In this document: positions 48,962 to 57,599 of the stretch, piece after piece
Position numbering within the stretch: the stretch's first letter is position 1
Layout: each line of letters opens with the position of its first letter
NCBI GenBank assembly: GCA_964655855.1
Contig: CAZZPE010000002.1
Coordinates: 89,076 to 153,075, forward strand
Source: an uncultured Bifidobacteriaceae bacterium
GTDB lineage: Bacteria; Verrucomicrobiota; Verrucomicrobiia; Limisphaerales; UBA11358
DNA length: 64,000 nt
Reading direction: 5' to 3'
The notes under the pieces: generated by a model
Database searches by the model: none
What the model was told of the DNA's origin: nothing
What the model saw: the letters and a program-made list of their open reading frames with translations, nothing else
Program-made: the position numbers and the translations under genes

Positions 48962-50179
48962 TTATTTCAGCTTTTGGACCAGCAACTCCCGCACACGGCG
49001 CTCGTCCACCGAGTGCGCCGTGAGTTTCAATCCTCGAAACGCCGCCGATTCTCCGGCCACGGGCACGACGCCGCACAAATGCGCCAGCAATCCGCCCATC
49101 GTCTCGACCTCCGGCACTTCGCCCAGCGCCGGAAATTCCCGCCGGAAATCGTCCAGCCGCATCGTCCCGCTCACGCGCCAGCGGTCAGGCGGGATTTTTT
49201 CCATGACAAAACCCTCCGGCTGCGCCGCCGCGCGGATTTTGCCGATGAGCCGGCCCAAAATATCCTCCATCGTCACCAGCCCCGCCGTGCCGCCGAACTC
49301 ATCCAGCACAATCGCCAGCCCGCGCTGCTGCTTTTGCAGGCTCTGGAACAGTTGCAACAGGTTCATCGTCTCCGGCACGAACGACGGAAACTCGATCGCG
49401 TCCGCCAGGTCAACCTTCGGGTCCAGCAGCAGCGCCCGCGTGTTCAAAATGCCGACGATGGTGTCCGGCGTCTCGTCGTAAATCGGCAGTCGGCGGTGCT
49501 GGAATTTTTTTGCGGCGGCAATCATCTCCTCCACCGGCGTGTCGTCGGAGATGGCCGCCATGCCGGCGCGCGGCCGCATCACGTCGCGGGCCGTCCGCTG
49601 GTCGAGGCTGATGATTTGGAGGATGATTTCCTTTTCGGACTCGGCGAGTGTGCCCTGCTGGTAGGCCATTTCGAGAAGCTCGAAATACTCCGAGTCCGTC
49701 AACGCCGGCACCGTGGACATCTGCGGCGCGGTCTTTTTCAAAATCGCCACGTTCAGCCACCGCGCGACCCGGTGCAGCGGCGCGGTCGCCTTCTGGAACA
49801 CCAGCAGCGGCCAGCTCACGCGCAGCGCCCAGCGTTCCGGCCGGCGGACGGCCAGCGTTTTTGGAAAAACCTCGCAACCCAGCAGCGTCAGCGCCAGCAG
49901 CGTCAGCAGCGTCAGCGCCAGCATCCAGTGCGCGTTGAAAACCATCCGCAGCGCGACGGCGAGCATCGCGGCGTTGGCAAAGGTGTTGCCGAGCGCGAGC
50001 GTCGCCAGCAAATCCTGCGGGTGTTCGAGCAGCGCCGCGACGATTTTGCCCGCGCGCGGATTTTTTTCCGCGAGCTGCGCCGCCTGCCATTTGCCGAGGG
50101 AAAACAAGGCCGTTTCCGCCAGCGCGAAAAAGAAACTCGCGCCGGCGAAAATCAAAATCGCCACGACGGCCCAGTCCAT
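48962..50179 (-). CDS. CNNM/HlyC/CorC-family transporter
   Basis: FFALAETALFSLGKWQ (DUF21), CBS pair, CorC-like tail (GESAAFRGLKLTAHSVDERRVRELLV). Start set at ATG 50179. Confidence 0.75.
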   Translation of the reverse strand: MDWAVVAILIFAGASFFFALAETALFSLGKWQAAQLAEKNPRAGKIVAALLEHPQDLLATLALGNTFANAAMLAVALRMVFNAHWMLALTLLTLLALTLLGCEVFPKTLAVRRPERWALRVSWPLLVFQKATAPLHRVARWLNVAILKKTAPQMSTVPALTDSEYFELLEMAYQQGTLAESEKEIILQIISLDQRTARDVMRPRAGMAAISDDTPVEEMIAAAKKFQHRRLPIYDETPDTIVGILNTRALLLDPKVDLADAIEFPSFVPETMNLLQLFQSLQKQQRGLAIVLDEFGGTAGLVTMEDILGRLIGKIRAAAQPEGFVMEKIPPDRWRVSGTMRLDDFRREFPALGEVPEVETMGGLLAHLCGVVPVAGESAAFRGLKLTAHSVDERRVRELLVQKLK

Positions 50180-50271
50180 GCGCACATTGTGCGGGAAAAA
50201 GCGGGCTGAAAAAAGGAGAAAGCGTTGGCGCAGATTTCGTTTCAATCCGCGCCGCCCGCAAAACCCGCGGT

Positions 50272-50649
50272 CTATCCCTCCAGAACCGCCGTCGCCGCCG
50301 CGTAATTCTCCGTGTGGCTCAAGCTGACGAGCAGCCGCTGCGCCTGGCGCGATTCAAACAGCGTTTTCCCGTTGCCGTGCAGAATCACAAACGGCTCGCC
50401 GGATTCCTTCCTGCGGATTTCCATGTCGCGCCAGCCGAGTGCCGCGCCGATGCCGGTGCCGAACGCCTTGGAAATCGCCTCCTTCGCCGCAAACCGCACC
50501 GCGAGGAACGGCGCGGGATTTTTGTGCGACAGGCAGTAGGCGATTTCATCCGGCAGCAAAATCCGGTTCGCAAACCGCTCGCCGAATTTTTCATGCGACG
50601 CCTTGATGCGCGCCACCTCGATGATGTCAATGCCGATGCCAAGAATCAT
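50272..50649 (-). CDS. acpS: Holo-[acyl-carrier-protein] synthase
   Basis: MILGIGIDIIEVARI...FAAKEAISKAFG. Confidence 0.8.
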   Translation of the reverse strand: MILGIGIDIIEVARIKASHEKFGERFANRILLPDEIAYCLSHKNPAPFLAVRFAAKEAISKAFGTGIGAALGWRDMEIRRKESGEPFVILHGNGKTLFESRQAQRLLVSLSHTENYAAATAVLEG

Positions 50650-50676
50650 TTTCGATTTGCGGATGACGCCCAATCT

Positions 50677-51483
50677 TCAACCGCGATATTTCTTCATCAA
50701 CGCCAGTATTTCCTTCACGGCCTGCCGCATTCCCACGAACACCGCGCGGCTGATGATGCTGTGACCGATGTTCAATTCCACCAGATGCGGCACGGGGAAA
50801 AGCGCCGCCAGGTTTTTGTAATTCAAGCCGTGGCCGGCGTTCACCTTCAAGCCGAGCGCATGCGCCTGCTCCGCGCCGGATACCAGCCGCCTTAGCTCAA
50901 AATTCGTAGCAGCCGACGTAAGTCGGCTCTGATTAGCTTTTGATTGTTTAGAGTGAGCCAACTCACGTTGGCTGCCACGAGTAAACGCCTCCGCAAACGC
51001 GCCGGTGTGCAGCTCGATGAATTGCGCGCCGGTCCGCGCGCTGGCTTCAATCTGTTTTTCGTCCGGCGCGATGAACAGGCTCACCTCGATGCCAGCGTCG
51101 TTCATTTTCCGGCGCGTCTCGGCCAGCGATTTTTCGGCGGCGACCACGTCCAGCCCGCCTTCGGTCGTCACCTCCAGCCGGCGTTCCGGCACGATGCAGA
51201 CGATGTCCGGTTTTAATTTCAGCGCGATGACGATGATTTCCGGCACGTTGGCCATTTCGAGGTTCAGCCGCGTCTTGACGACTTCGCGCAGTTTCCAGAT
51301 GTCGCGGTCCTGCATGTGCCGGCGGTCTTCGCGCAAATGCGCGGTGATGCCGTGACAGCCCGCCGCCTCGCAAATTTTTGCGGCCTCGATGGGATCCGGC
51401 TCGCCAAATCCGCGTCCGCGAAAGCGCGCCTCGCGGATCGTCGCGACATGGTCAATGTTGACTCCCAGTTTTAGCATAATCAT
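50677..51483 (-). CDS. pdxJ: Pyridoxine 5-prime-phosphate synthase
   Basis: LGVNIDHVATIREAR, HLREDRRH, EVTTEGGLDV, LKVNAGHGLNY, ELNIGHSII. Carries an in-frame family B repeat. Confidence 0.85.
   Translation of the reverse strand: MIMLKLGVNIDHVATIREARFRGRGFGEPDPIEAAKICEAAGCHGITAHLREDRRHMQDRDIWKLREVVKTRLNLEMANVPEIIVIALKLKPDIVCIVPERRLEVTTEGGLDVVAAEKSLAETRRKMNDAGIEVSLFIAPDEKQIEASARTGAQFIELHTGAFAEAFTRGSQRELAHSKQSKANQSRLTSAATNFELRRLVSGAEQAHALGLKVNAGHGLNYKNLAALFPVPHLVELNIGHSIISRAVFVGMRQAVKEILALMKKYRG
50906..50978. repeat. REPIN-like inverted doublet (family B) inside pdxJ
   Basis: gtagcagccgacgtaagtcggctc-(25-nt spacer)-gagccaactcacgttggctgccac; translated in frame as ...AHSKQSKANQSRLTSAATN... Confidence 0.8.
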
Positions 51484-53060
51484 GGATGCACCGGCGCGGC
51501 GGACGGCATCATGGCCGGCAGCCCGAGCGGTTTCTGGCCGGGCCGGATGCGCGGCGGCGGCATGCGCAGATCGAGCGCCGGAAATTGCGGCGCGTCAAGC
51601 CAGTTTGCAAAGGCGAGCAGTTCAATCGCCGTCAGCCCGCCGGGCGCCGTGCGTTTGAAGGCCAGCTCGTTCGGAGCAATTTGCGTGGCCTCGGTGATGC
51701 TGATGCCGAGCGCCGGACTGATGCGGTTGAGCCATTTGCCGGCGGCGGATTCTCCGTCAAGCTGCCGGTGCCGCGTGAGCATGAGCATCAACTGGCTCAT
51801 TTGCGGCAATTCCCCCAGCCGCTCGGCGGTGACTTCCCAATGATAATAAATCAGGTTCGGCTGGTTCAACGCGGCGACCAGTCCCGGCGGCAGCGGCGCG
51901 GATCTGGGGGCATTGGAAAAAAATCCGCCGACCAGAAAATCGCCCGCCGGTTCGCGCACGGCCTGCACGAATGGCGTGATGAACGGCATGCCGTGCCAGG
52001 AAATTTCATTGTTCGTCATCGTCACCGTGAACGGGCTGATGAACTGCCGCTGCCAGTTCGTGTTGGCGGACAACCGCCGGTCCAGTTGGGCGAGCGCGGC
52101 CCGGGCGTCCGGCACCGGCTCGGCGGCGAACGTCTGGAACGGAACCCGCGCCAGCGCCCAGATGAAGAGCTGCTCCGGCTGCGGCTGGATTTCCAGCGGC
52201 TGCATCCAGGGCTGCCTCGACAGCCACGGCGCGACGCCGCGCGCGGCGGTGAAGCTGACGATCTGCTGGCGGATGGTGGCCGCGGGCAGCCGCCAGTTGT
52301 CGAGCGGCGGCAGCGGCTGCGCGAGCGCGAGCCGTCCGGTCAATTGCAAATTGCCGCCGCGTCCGACGGCCTGCATCTGGATTTTCGGGAAATCAAACCC
52401 GTTCAGCGCCGGGAAAATCCGCGCCAGCCGCGGCCAGTCCAGATCGGCGGAAAGCCAGTTGGTTTCCGCATCAAGCGGTTTGGTAGGAATCGGCAGAATT
52501 TGTCCGCGCAACGACAAATTGTTCTGGCCGCAATCAATCACGACCCAGTCGCCATGACGCTCGAAGCTCAACAAATCCGGTGGGTTGTGCTTTTGCAACT
52601 GCCAGACGCCAAGTTCCTTTTGCATGACGGCAACGCCCGTCCAGCTTTGCAAAACCGCCGCCAGATTTTTACTCCAAAGCTGCGCGCGCTCGTCGTCCAG
52701 CCGGATCGCCAGCGCGTATTCCGGAGAACCGTTTGTCGCGTCGCGCATCTCAAAAATCCATTCCGACTTGAGCAAATCGTCCAGCAGCGGACGCAATTGC
52801 ACCGCGCCGTCGTCCGCGCCGACGGCGAGTTTCGATTTGAACCACACGCCCGGCGCGCGGGAAAGCTTGTCGAGCGTCCGGCTTTCCAGCGCCCGCGCCT
52901 CGGCGGAGCAAAATTCATTTGAGAACGCGGCGGAATTGGTGTCGGCGGCAATCCGGTCCGCGCCGGCGAAATGGATTCGCGCGATCAAATCCGGCTGCGT
53001 CTGCGCTCCGGCGGTCGCCGCAAAAAGCAGCGCCGCAAAAATCAATGGCATTTTCTTCAT
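51480..53060 (-). CDS. Secreted hypothetical protein
   Basis: Signal peptide MKKMPLIFAALLFAATAGAQ. No known motif. 4-nt overlap with pdxJ. Confidence 0.5.
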   Translation of the reverse strand: MKKMPLIFAALLFAATAGAQTQPDLIARIHFAGADRIAADTNSAAFSNEFCSAEARALESRTLDKLSRAPGVWFKSKLAVGADDGAVQLRPLLDDLLKSEWIFEMRDATNGSPEYALAIRLDDERAQLWSKNLAAVLQSWTGVAVMQKELGVWQLQKHNPPDLLSFERHGDWVVIDCGQNNLSLRGQILPIPTKPLDAETNWLSADLDWPRLARIFPALNGFDFPKIQMQAVGRGGNLQLTGRLALAQPLPPLDNWRLPAATIRQQIVSFTAARGVAPWLSRQPWMQPLEIQPQPEQLFIWALARVPFQTFAAEPVPDARAALAQLDRRLSANTNWQRQFISPFTVTMTNNEISWHGMPFITPFVQAVREPAGDFLVGGFFSNAPRSAPLPPGLVAALNQPNLIYYHWEVTAERLGELPQMSQLMLMLTRHRQLDGESAAGKWLNRISPALGISITEATQIAPNELAFKRTAPGGLTAIELLAFANWLDAPQFPALDLRMPPPRIRPGQKPLGLPAMMPSAAPVHP

Positions 53061-53091
53061 CAGGAGGCTTTGGTGTGCCAGATGCGCGGGA

Positions 53092-53152
53092 GAGTTTCAA
53101 GTTTTCAGTTTCCGGCCTTCGAATCTGAAAACTTGAACTTGAAACTGAAAAC
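53092..53152. repeat. Inverted pair of heptamer arrays (family C)
   Basis: gtttcaa gttttca gtttcc ... ctgaaaac ttgaac ttgaaac tgaaaac; the arms are largely complementary. Confidence 0.65.
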
Positions 53153-53172
53153 GACATCGGCTTTCATCCGGT

Positions 53173-53661
53173 GTGCCAAAGCTCCGCGCCTTTTTGAAAT
53201 ACTGGCTGCCGCCGCTGGTCTGGATGGCATTGATTTTCACCGCCTCGAGCGACGCCAAGTCCTATCAGCACTCTGCGGGGCTTGTCGAACCCTTCCTGCG
53301 CTGGCTGTTCCCGCACCTTTCGCCGGCGCACGTCGAGTGGATTCACCATCTCATCCGCAAATGCGCGCACCTGACCGAATACGCCGTGCTCGCGCTGCTG
53401 CTCTGGCGCGCGATCCGGCAGGCGGATGGGAAAAATCCGCCTCCGCGCGGCGCGGCGGAGCGCAGCGCAGGCGGATGGAGCCGGCGCGCAACCGGTCTTG
53501 TTCTTTGCATTGTTTTCCTTTACGCCGCCAGTGACGAATTTCATCAGCGCTTCGTGCCCACGCGAACGCCGTTGGTGTCGGACGTGTTCATTGACACCGC
53601 CGGCGGCGCGGCAGGCTTGATGGCGCTCTGGATTTTTGGCCGCTGGCGAAAACGCTGGTAA
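53173..53661 (+). CDS. VanZ-like membrane protein
   Basis: IRKCAHLTEYAVLALLL and SDEFHQRFVPTRTPLVSDVFIDTAG motifs. Confidence 0.7.
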   Translation: MPKLRAFLKYWLPPLVWMALIFTASSDAKSYQHSAGLVEPFLRWLFPHLSPAHVEWIHHLIRKCAHLTEYAVLALLLWRAIRQADGKNPPPRGAAERSAGGWSRRATGLVLCIVFLYAASDEFHQRFVPTRTPLVSDVFIDTAGGAAGLMALWIFGRWRKRW

Positions 53662-53669
53662 AAAACAAT

Positions 53670-56093
53670 ATGAAACGCCCGCTGGTAGCTGTCGTTTCCT
53701 GTTATGCAATCGGATTGCTGCTCGCCATAATTTTCCAGCCGCCGCTCGCCGCGCTGTTTGCCATTTCATTCCTCGTCCTCGTCCTTGCCCTCGTCTTTGA
53801 AAAAATCCGCCCGTTTCTGATCTGGCCGCTCCTCGCGCTCATTGGCTGGACCAACCTCGCCAGCCGGACCGCCGTCATTTCGCCAAATGATTTGCGCACC
53901 TTGATTGGCAATGACGCCGCCATCGTCGCCGTGCGCGGCACCTTGATTGAAACGCCGCACCTGAAAATTGTCGAACGCGACGAGCAGGAAACCGAGCATT
54001 CGCTTGCCAAGGTCCGGGTCGCAGAAATCCGGCGCGGAGAAAACTGGCAGCCGGCCTCTGGCACAATCATTGTCACGACGCCAAATCCGCTCGCAGAAAC
54101 TTGTTTCGCCGGCCAGCCGGTTGAGATTTCCGGCGTCATCGCCCGTCCGCCGCCGCCGCTGGCCGACGGGCTTTTCGATTATCGCGATTACCTCCAAACG
54201 CGCGGCATTTATTACCAGCTCAAAACAAGTTCCACGAATGACTGGAAGATTCTTGAGCCGCAGCTGGATTCGCCGCCGTTGACCGACCGGTTTTTGAGAT
54301 GGTCAAAGCAGACGCTCGCGCTCGGTCTGCCGGTCGAGGATGAGCCGCTGCGCCTTCTCTGGGCGATGACGCTGGGCTGGCGCACGGCGTTCACCGGCGA
54401 CATCGGCGAACCGTTTCTCCGTGCGGGCACGATGCACCTCTTTGCGATTGACGGGCTTCGGATCGCGCTGATTTCTGCGATGCTTGTCGCGCTGCTGCGC
54501 GTGCTGCGGGTCTCTCGCGCCTGGTGCGGCCTCATCGCCATCCCGGCCATCTGGTTTTACACCGCCGCGACCGGCTGGGAACCGTCCGCCATCCGCGCCT
54601 CGGTGATGATGACCGTTGTCCTCGGCGGCTGGGCGTTGAAACGGCCCGGCGACACGGTGAACTCGCTCGCCGCTGCCGCGTTAATCATTTTGCTCTGGGA
54701 ACCGCGCCAGCTTTTCGAGGCCAGCTTCCAACTTTCGTTTTTCGTCGTGCTCGTCATCGCGCTGATGCTCCCGCCGCTGAACAAAATCGCCGACCGGCTG
54801 CTGCGGCACGATCCTCTGCTGCCCGACGAACTGCTGCCGCGCTGGCGTCGCGCGCTCAATTTCTTCCTGCGAATCTTTCTGCGTTATTGCGCGCTCTCGC
54901 TCGCTGCGTGGATCGGCTCCATTCCGCTGGCGGCGAAGTATTTTCATTTGTTCAGCCCGGTTTCGACGCCAGCCAACATCGTCGCCGTGCCGCTCGGCAC
55001 GCTGGCGCTGATGAGCAACCTCGGCGCGCTCGTGTGCGGAACCTGGCTGCCATGGGCAACGGTCTTGTTCAACCACGCCGCGTGGTTTTTCATGGTGGCG
55101 ATGACGGACGTGAGCGAATGGGCCACGAAAATTCCCGGCGCCTACTTCTACGTCGCCGCACCGTCGTGGCTGGAAATCGGGATTTATTATGCCGTCATCC
55201 TCGGCGGGTTGAGCGGCTGGATTTTTGCACCACGCCGGCGGATTTGGAGTGCGGCGGTTTTGATTTTGATCGCCGCAGCGTATTTCTGCCGCTGGGAATC
55301 GTCGCGCGACGAAACCGATTTGACCGTGCTGCCGCTCAACGGCGGCCACGCGGTCTGGGTGGATGCCGCCGGGCAAAAAAACGACTGGCTCGTGAATTGC
55401 GGCGATGAAAACGCCGTCCAGTTCACGCTCAAACCATTTCTCCACGCGCAGGGCGTCAACCGTGTCCAGCACCTTGTGTTGACGCACGGCGACGCGCGCG
55501 ACTGTGGCGGCGCAGAATCGCTCAACGAACTTTTCGGCATCGGCGAATTATGGACCAGCAACACAAAATTCCGTTCGGCGGCCTACCGCGACGCCGTTTC
55601 TGAATTTGAAAAATCGTCGCGCCACAAAATTTTCAACTGCGGCGACACCGCCGGGTGCTGGCAGGTTTTGCATCCCGGCTTGACAGATGGTTTCTCCCAG
55701 GCCGACGATGGCGCTCTGGTTTTGCTTGGCACCTTTCGCAGCGCGCGGATTTTACTGCTGTCGGATTTGAGCCGCGCCGGACAGGGCGAATTGCTTGCGC
55801 GCACGAACGATTTGCGCGCTGACATCGTGATTGCCGGCCTGCCGAACGAAGGCGAGCCGCTTTGCGACGCGCTGATTGACGCCATCCAGCCGAAGGTAAT
55901 CGTGATTGCGGATTCCGAATTTCCCGCGACGCGGCGCGCGGGCCGCGCCTTGAAAGACAGGCTGGAGCAAAAGACAATCCCGGTGATTTACACGCGCAGC
56001 TCTGGCGCTGTTGAAATCGCGACGGACAAACGCGGCTGGAAATTGCAGACGATGGACGGGCCAATAATCAGTTCCGAGCCTTCGTCAAACTAA
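53670..56093 (+). CDS. comEC: ComEC/Rec2 DNA internalisation channel protein with metallo-beta-lactamase domain
   Basis: DUF4131-like N-terminus, competence membrane core, C-terminal HLVLTHGDARDCGG lactamase_B motif. Confidence 0.85.
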   Translation: MKRPLVAVVSCYAIGLLLAIIFQPPLAALFAISFLVLVLALVFEKIRPFLIWPLLALIGWTNLASRTAVISPNDLRTLIGNDAAIVAVRGTLIETPHLKIVERDEQETEHSLAKVRVAEIRRGENWQPASGTIIVTTPNPLAETCFAGQPVEISGVIARPPPPLADGLFDYRDYLQTRGIYYQLKTSSTNDWKILEPQLDSPPLTDRFLRWSKQTLALGLPVEDEPLRLLWAMTLGWRTAFTGDIGEPFLRAGTMHLFAIDGLRIALISAMLVALLRVLRVSRAWCGLIAIPAIWFYTAATGWEPSAIRASVMMTVVLGGWALKRPGDTVNSLAAAALIILLWEPRQLFEASFQLSFFVVLVIALMLPPLNKIADRLLRHDPLLPDELLPRWRRALNFFLRIFLRYCALSLAAWIGSIPLAAKYFHLFSPVSTPANIVAVPLGTLALMSNLGALVCGTWLPWATVLFNHAAWFFMVAMTDVSEWATKIPGAYFYVAAPSWLEIGIYYAVILGGLSGWIFAPRRRIWSAAVLILIAAAYFCRWESSRDETDLTVLPLNGGHAVWVDAAGQKNDWLVNCGDENAVQFTLKPFLHAQGVNRVQHLVLTHGDARDCGGAESLNELFGIGELWTSNTKFRSAAYRDAVSEFEKSSRHKIFNCGDTAGCWQVLHPGLTDGFSQADDGALVLLGTFRSARILLLSDLSRAGQGELLARTNDLRADIVIAGLPNEGEPLCDALIDAIQPKVIVIADSEFPATRRAGRALKDRLEQKTIPVIYTRSSGAVEIATDKRGWKLQTMDGPIISSEPSSN

Positions 56094-56418
56094 CCGAAAC
56101 GTGCCGCGCCTGCGGGATGACAAATTTCTTCACTTCGACGGTGACGCTTTGCGGTTTGAACTCGGATAAAATTGCGCCGGCGATGTCGGCGGCGAGTTTT
56201 TCAATCAGCCTCCAGCTCCGGCCCTCGCCGAATTTCAGCAGGCGCTGCGTGACGGCGAAATAATCAATCGTGTCGGCGATGCCGTCACTTTTCGCGGCGG
56301 CGGAAAAATTGGATTCCATCTCCACCGTCAACAGCAGGCGCTGCGGCTGCGCGCGTTCCACGTCCGGCACGCCGACGCGGTAAAACACTTCGAGGTCAAT
56401 GATGGAAATTTTAGCCAC
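56068..56418 (-). CDS. folB: Dihydroneopterin aldolase
   Basis: LEVFYRVGVPDVERAQPQRLLLTVEM... and 116-aa size, typical of FolB. Confidence 0.65.
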   Translation of the reverse strand: MAKISIIDLEVFYRVGVPDVERAQPQRLLLTVEMESNFSAAAKSDGIADTIDYFAVTQRLLKFGEGRSWRLIEKLAADIAGAILSEFKPQSVTVEVKKFVIPQARHVSVSLTKARN

Positions 56419-57520
56419 GGCGTTTTTTGACTGCAGATTGGCGGTTGCGAATCGCGGATTTTTTCAAAACGGCCTTGAGCAGAATCTTTGTCGGCGTGTT
56501 GAGCGGCAGTTTTTTGGCGGCGGCAAGCGTCAGCCAGCGGAACTCGCGGCCTTCCTCGTTCAGCACCACGTCCGGTTTTTTGCCGGTGCAGCGGCAGGTG
56601 TAGTTCAGCAGCACGAAATGCGCTTCGCGGTAAAACTCCTTTGAGCGGATGCAATCCTGCACGAGCACGAACTCGATGTCCGTCACGCCAAGATTGGTTT
56701 CCTCCTTGATTTCGCGCCGGAGCGCGGCCTCGGAGGTTTCGCCCCACTTGATTTTGCCGCCGGGAATGCCCCACAGCCCCGACCATTTGTGCGTGCGGAT
56801 CATCAGCACCTCGCCGGCGCGGTTGAAAATCAGCGCGCCGACCGTCGCCAGCGGCGGCTCGGCATCCTCCGCGGATTCAACGGGCTTGAGGTTGAAATGA
56901 TTCTTCAGCAGCATGCGCTTCAATTCACCGAGATGCTCGACGATCAAATCCGGTTTGGCCGCGCGCAACTGGTCCACCGTGTTGTAGCCGGTCAGCACCG
57001 CGCAGGAATGGATGCCGCCGTGCCGGGCCGTCTCGATGTCGTGTTCCATGTCGCCGATGAACAGCGTCTCGTCCGGCTGGAGGCTGTTTTCGGCGAGGAT
57101 GTCGCGGATTTTCTCCCGCTTGTCCCAAACGTCAGTGTAGGGCTTGTCGAGAAAGGCGTCGAAGCCGGTGACGCGGCACTGCACCTTGAAATGGTCGGTG
57201 TGGACGGAGCTTAACAGAAACGTGCGGAACTGTTTCGCGCGGCAGAATTCCAGAAACTCCCGCGCGTGCGGCAGTTCGCAGACGGAATCCTGCGACCGCT
57301 TGAACTCGGCGTGAAACCAGCCCTCCAGCTTCTCCATCGGCACGTCCGGCGTGTGGCGGCTGTAAAAATTCGTGAACGGCAGGGAAAATTCCGCGCGGAA
57401 TTCGGCGAGGGACATCTCCGGCCTGCCGGACTGCGTGAGAACGAAGTTGGACGCCTTCAGGACGGCGGGCAAATCGTCCACCAGCGTGCCCGACCAGTCG
57501 AAAATGATGTTGCGGATCAC
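56411..57520 (-). CDS. HAD phosphatase - NUDIX hydrolase fusion protein
   Basis: HAD motif I IIFDWSGTLVDD and motif IV GDMEHD. C-terminal Nudix box GGKIKWGETSEAALRREIKEETNL. Confidence 0.75.
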   Translation of the reverse strand: MIRNIIFDWSGTLVDDLPAVLKASNFVLTQSGRPEMSLAEFRAEFSLPFTNFYSRHTPDVPMEKLEGWFHAEFKRSQDSVCELPHAREFLEFCRAKQFRTFLLSSVHTDHFKVQCRVTGFDAFLDKPYTDVWDKREKIRDILAENSLQPDETLFIGDMEHDIETARHGGIHSCAVLTGYNTVDQLRAAKPDLIVEHLGELKRMLLKNHFNLKPVESAEDAEPPLATVGALIFNRAGEVLMIRTHKWSGLWGIPGGKIKWGETSEAALRREIKEETNLGVTDIEFVLVQDCIRSKEFYREAHFVLLNYTCRCTGKKPDVVLNEEGREFRWLTLAAAKKLPLNTPTKILLKAVLKKSAIRNRQSAVKKRRG

Positions 57521-57529
57521 GCGGGGAAA

Positions 57530-57596
57530 TTAACCACCAAGACACGAAGACACAAAGTTTTTGTTTCCCTTTGTGCCTTGGCGCCTTTGCGGTTAA
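57530..57596. repeat. Family D inverted repeat, between divergent genes
   Basis: ttaaccaccaagacacgaagacacaaag-tttttgtttcc-ctttgtgccttggcgcctttgcggttaa. Confidence 0.8.
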
Positions 57597-57599
57597 AAA

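Noticed and set aside
56068-56093. 26-nt convergent overlap of the comEC and folB 3-prime ends as a regulatory antisense arrangement
   Set aside because: Short convergent overlaps are common in compact genomes. The exact comEC stop and folB stop are unambiguous, but no structure or motif suggests a function.
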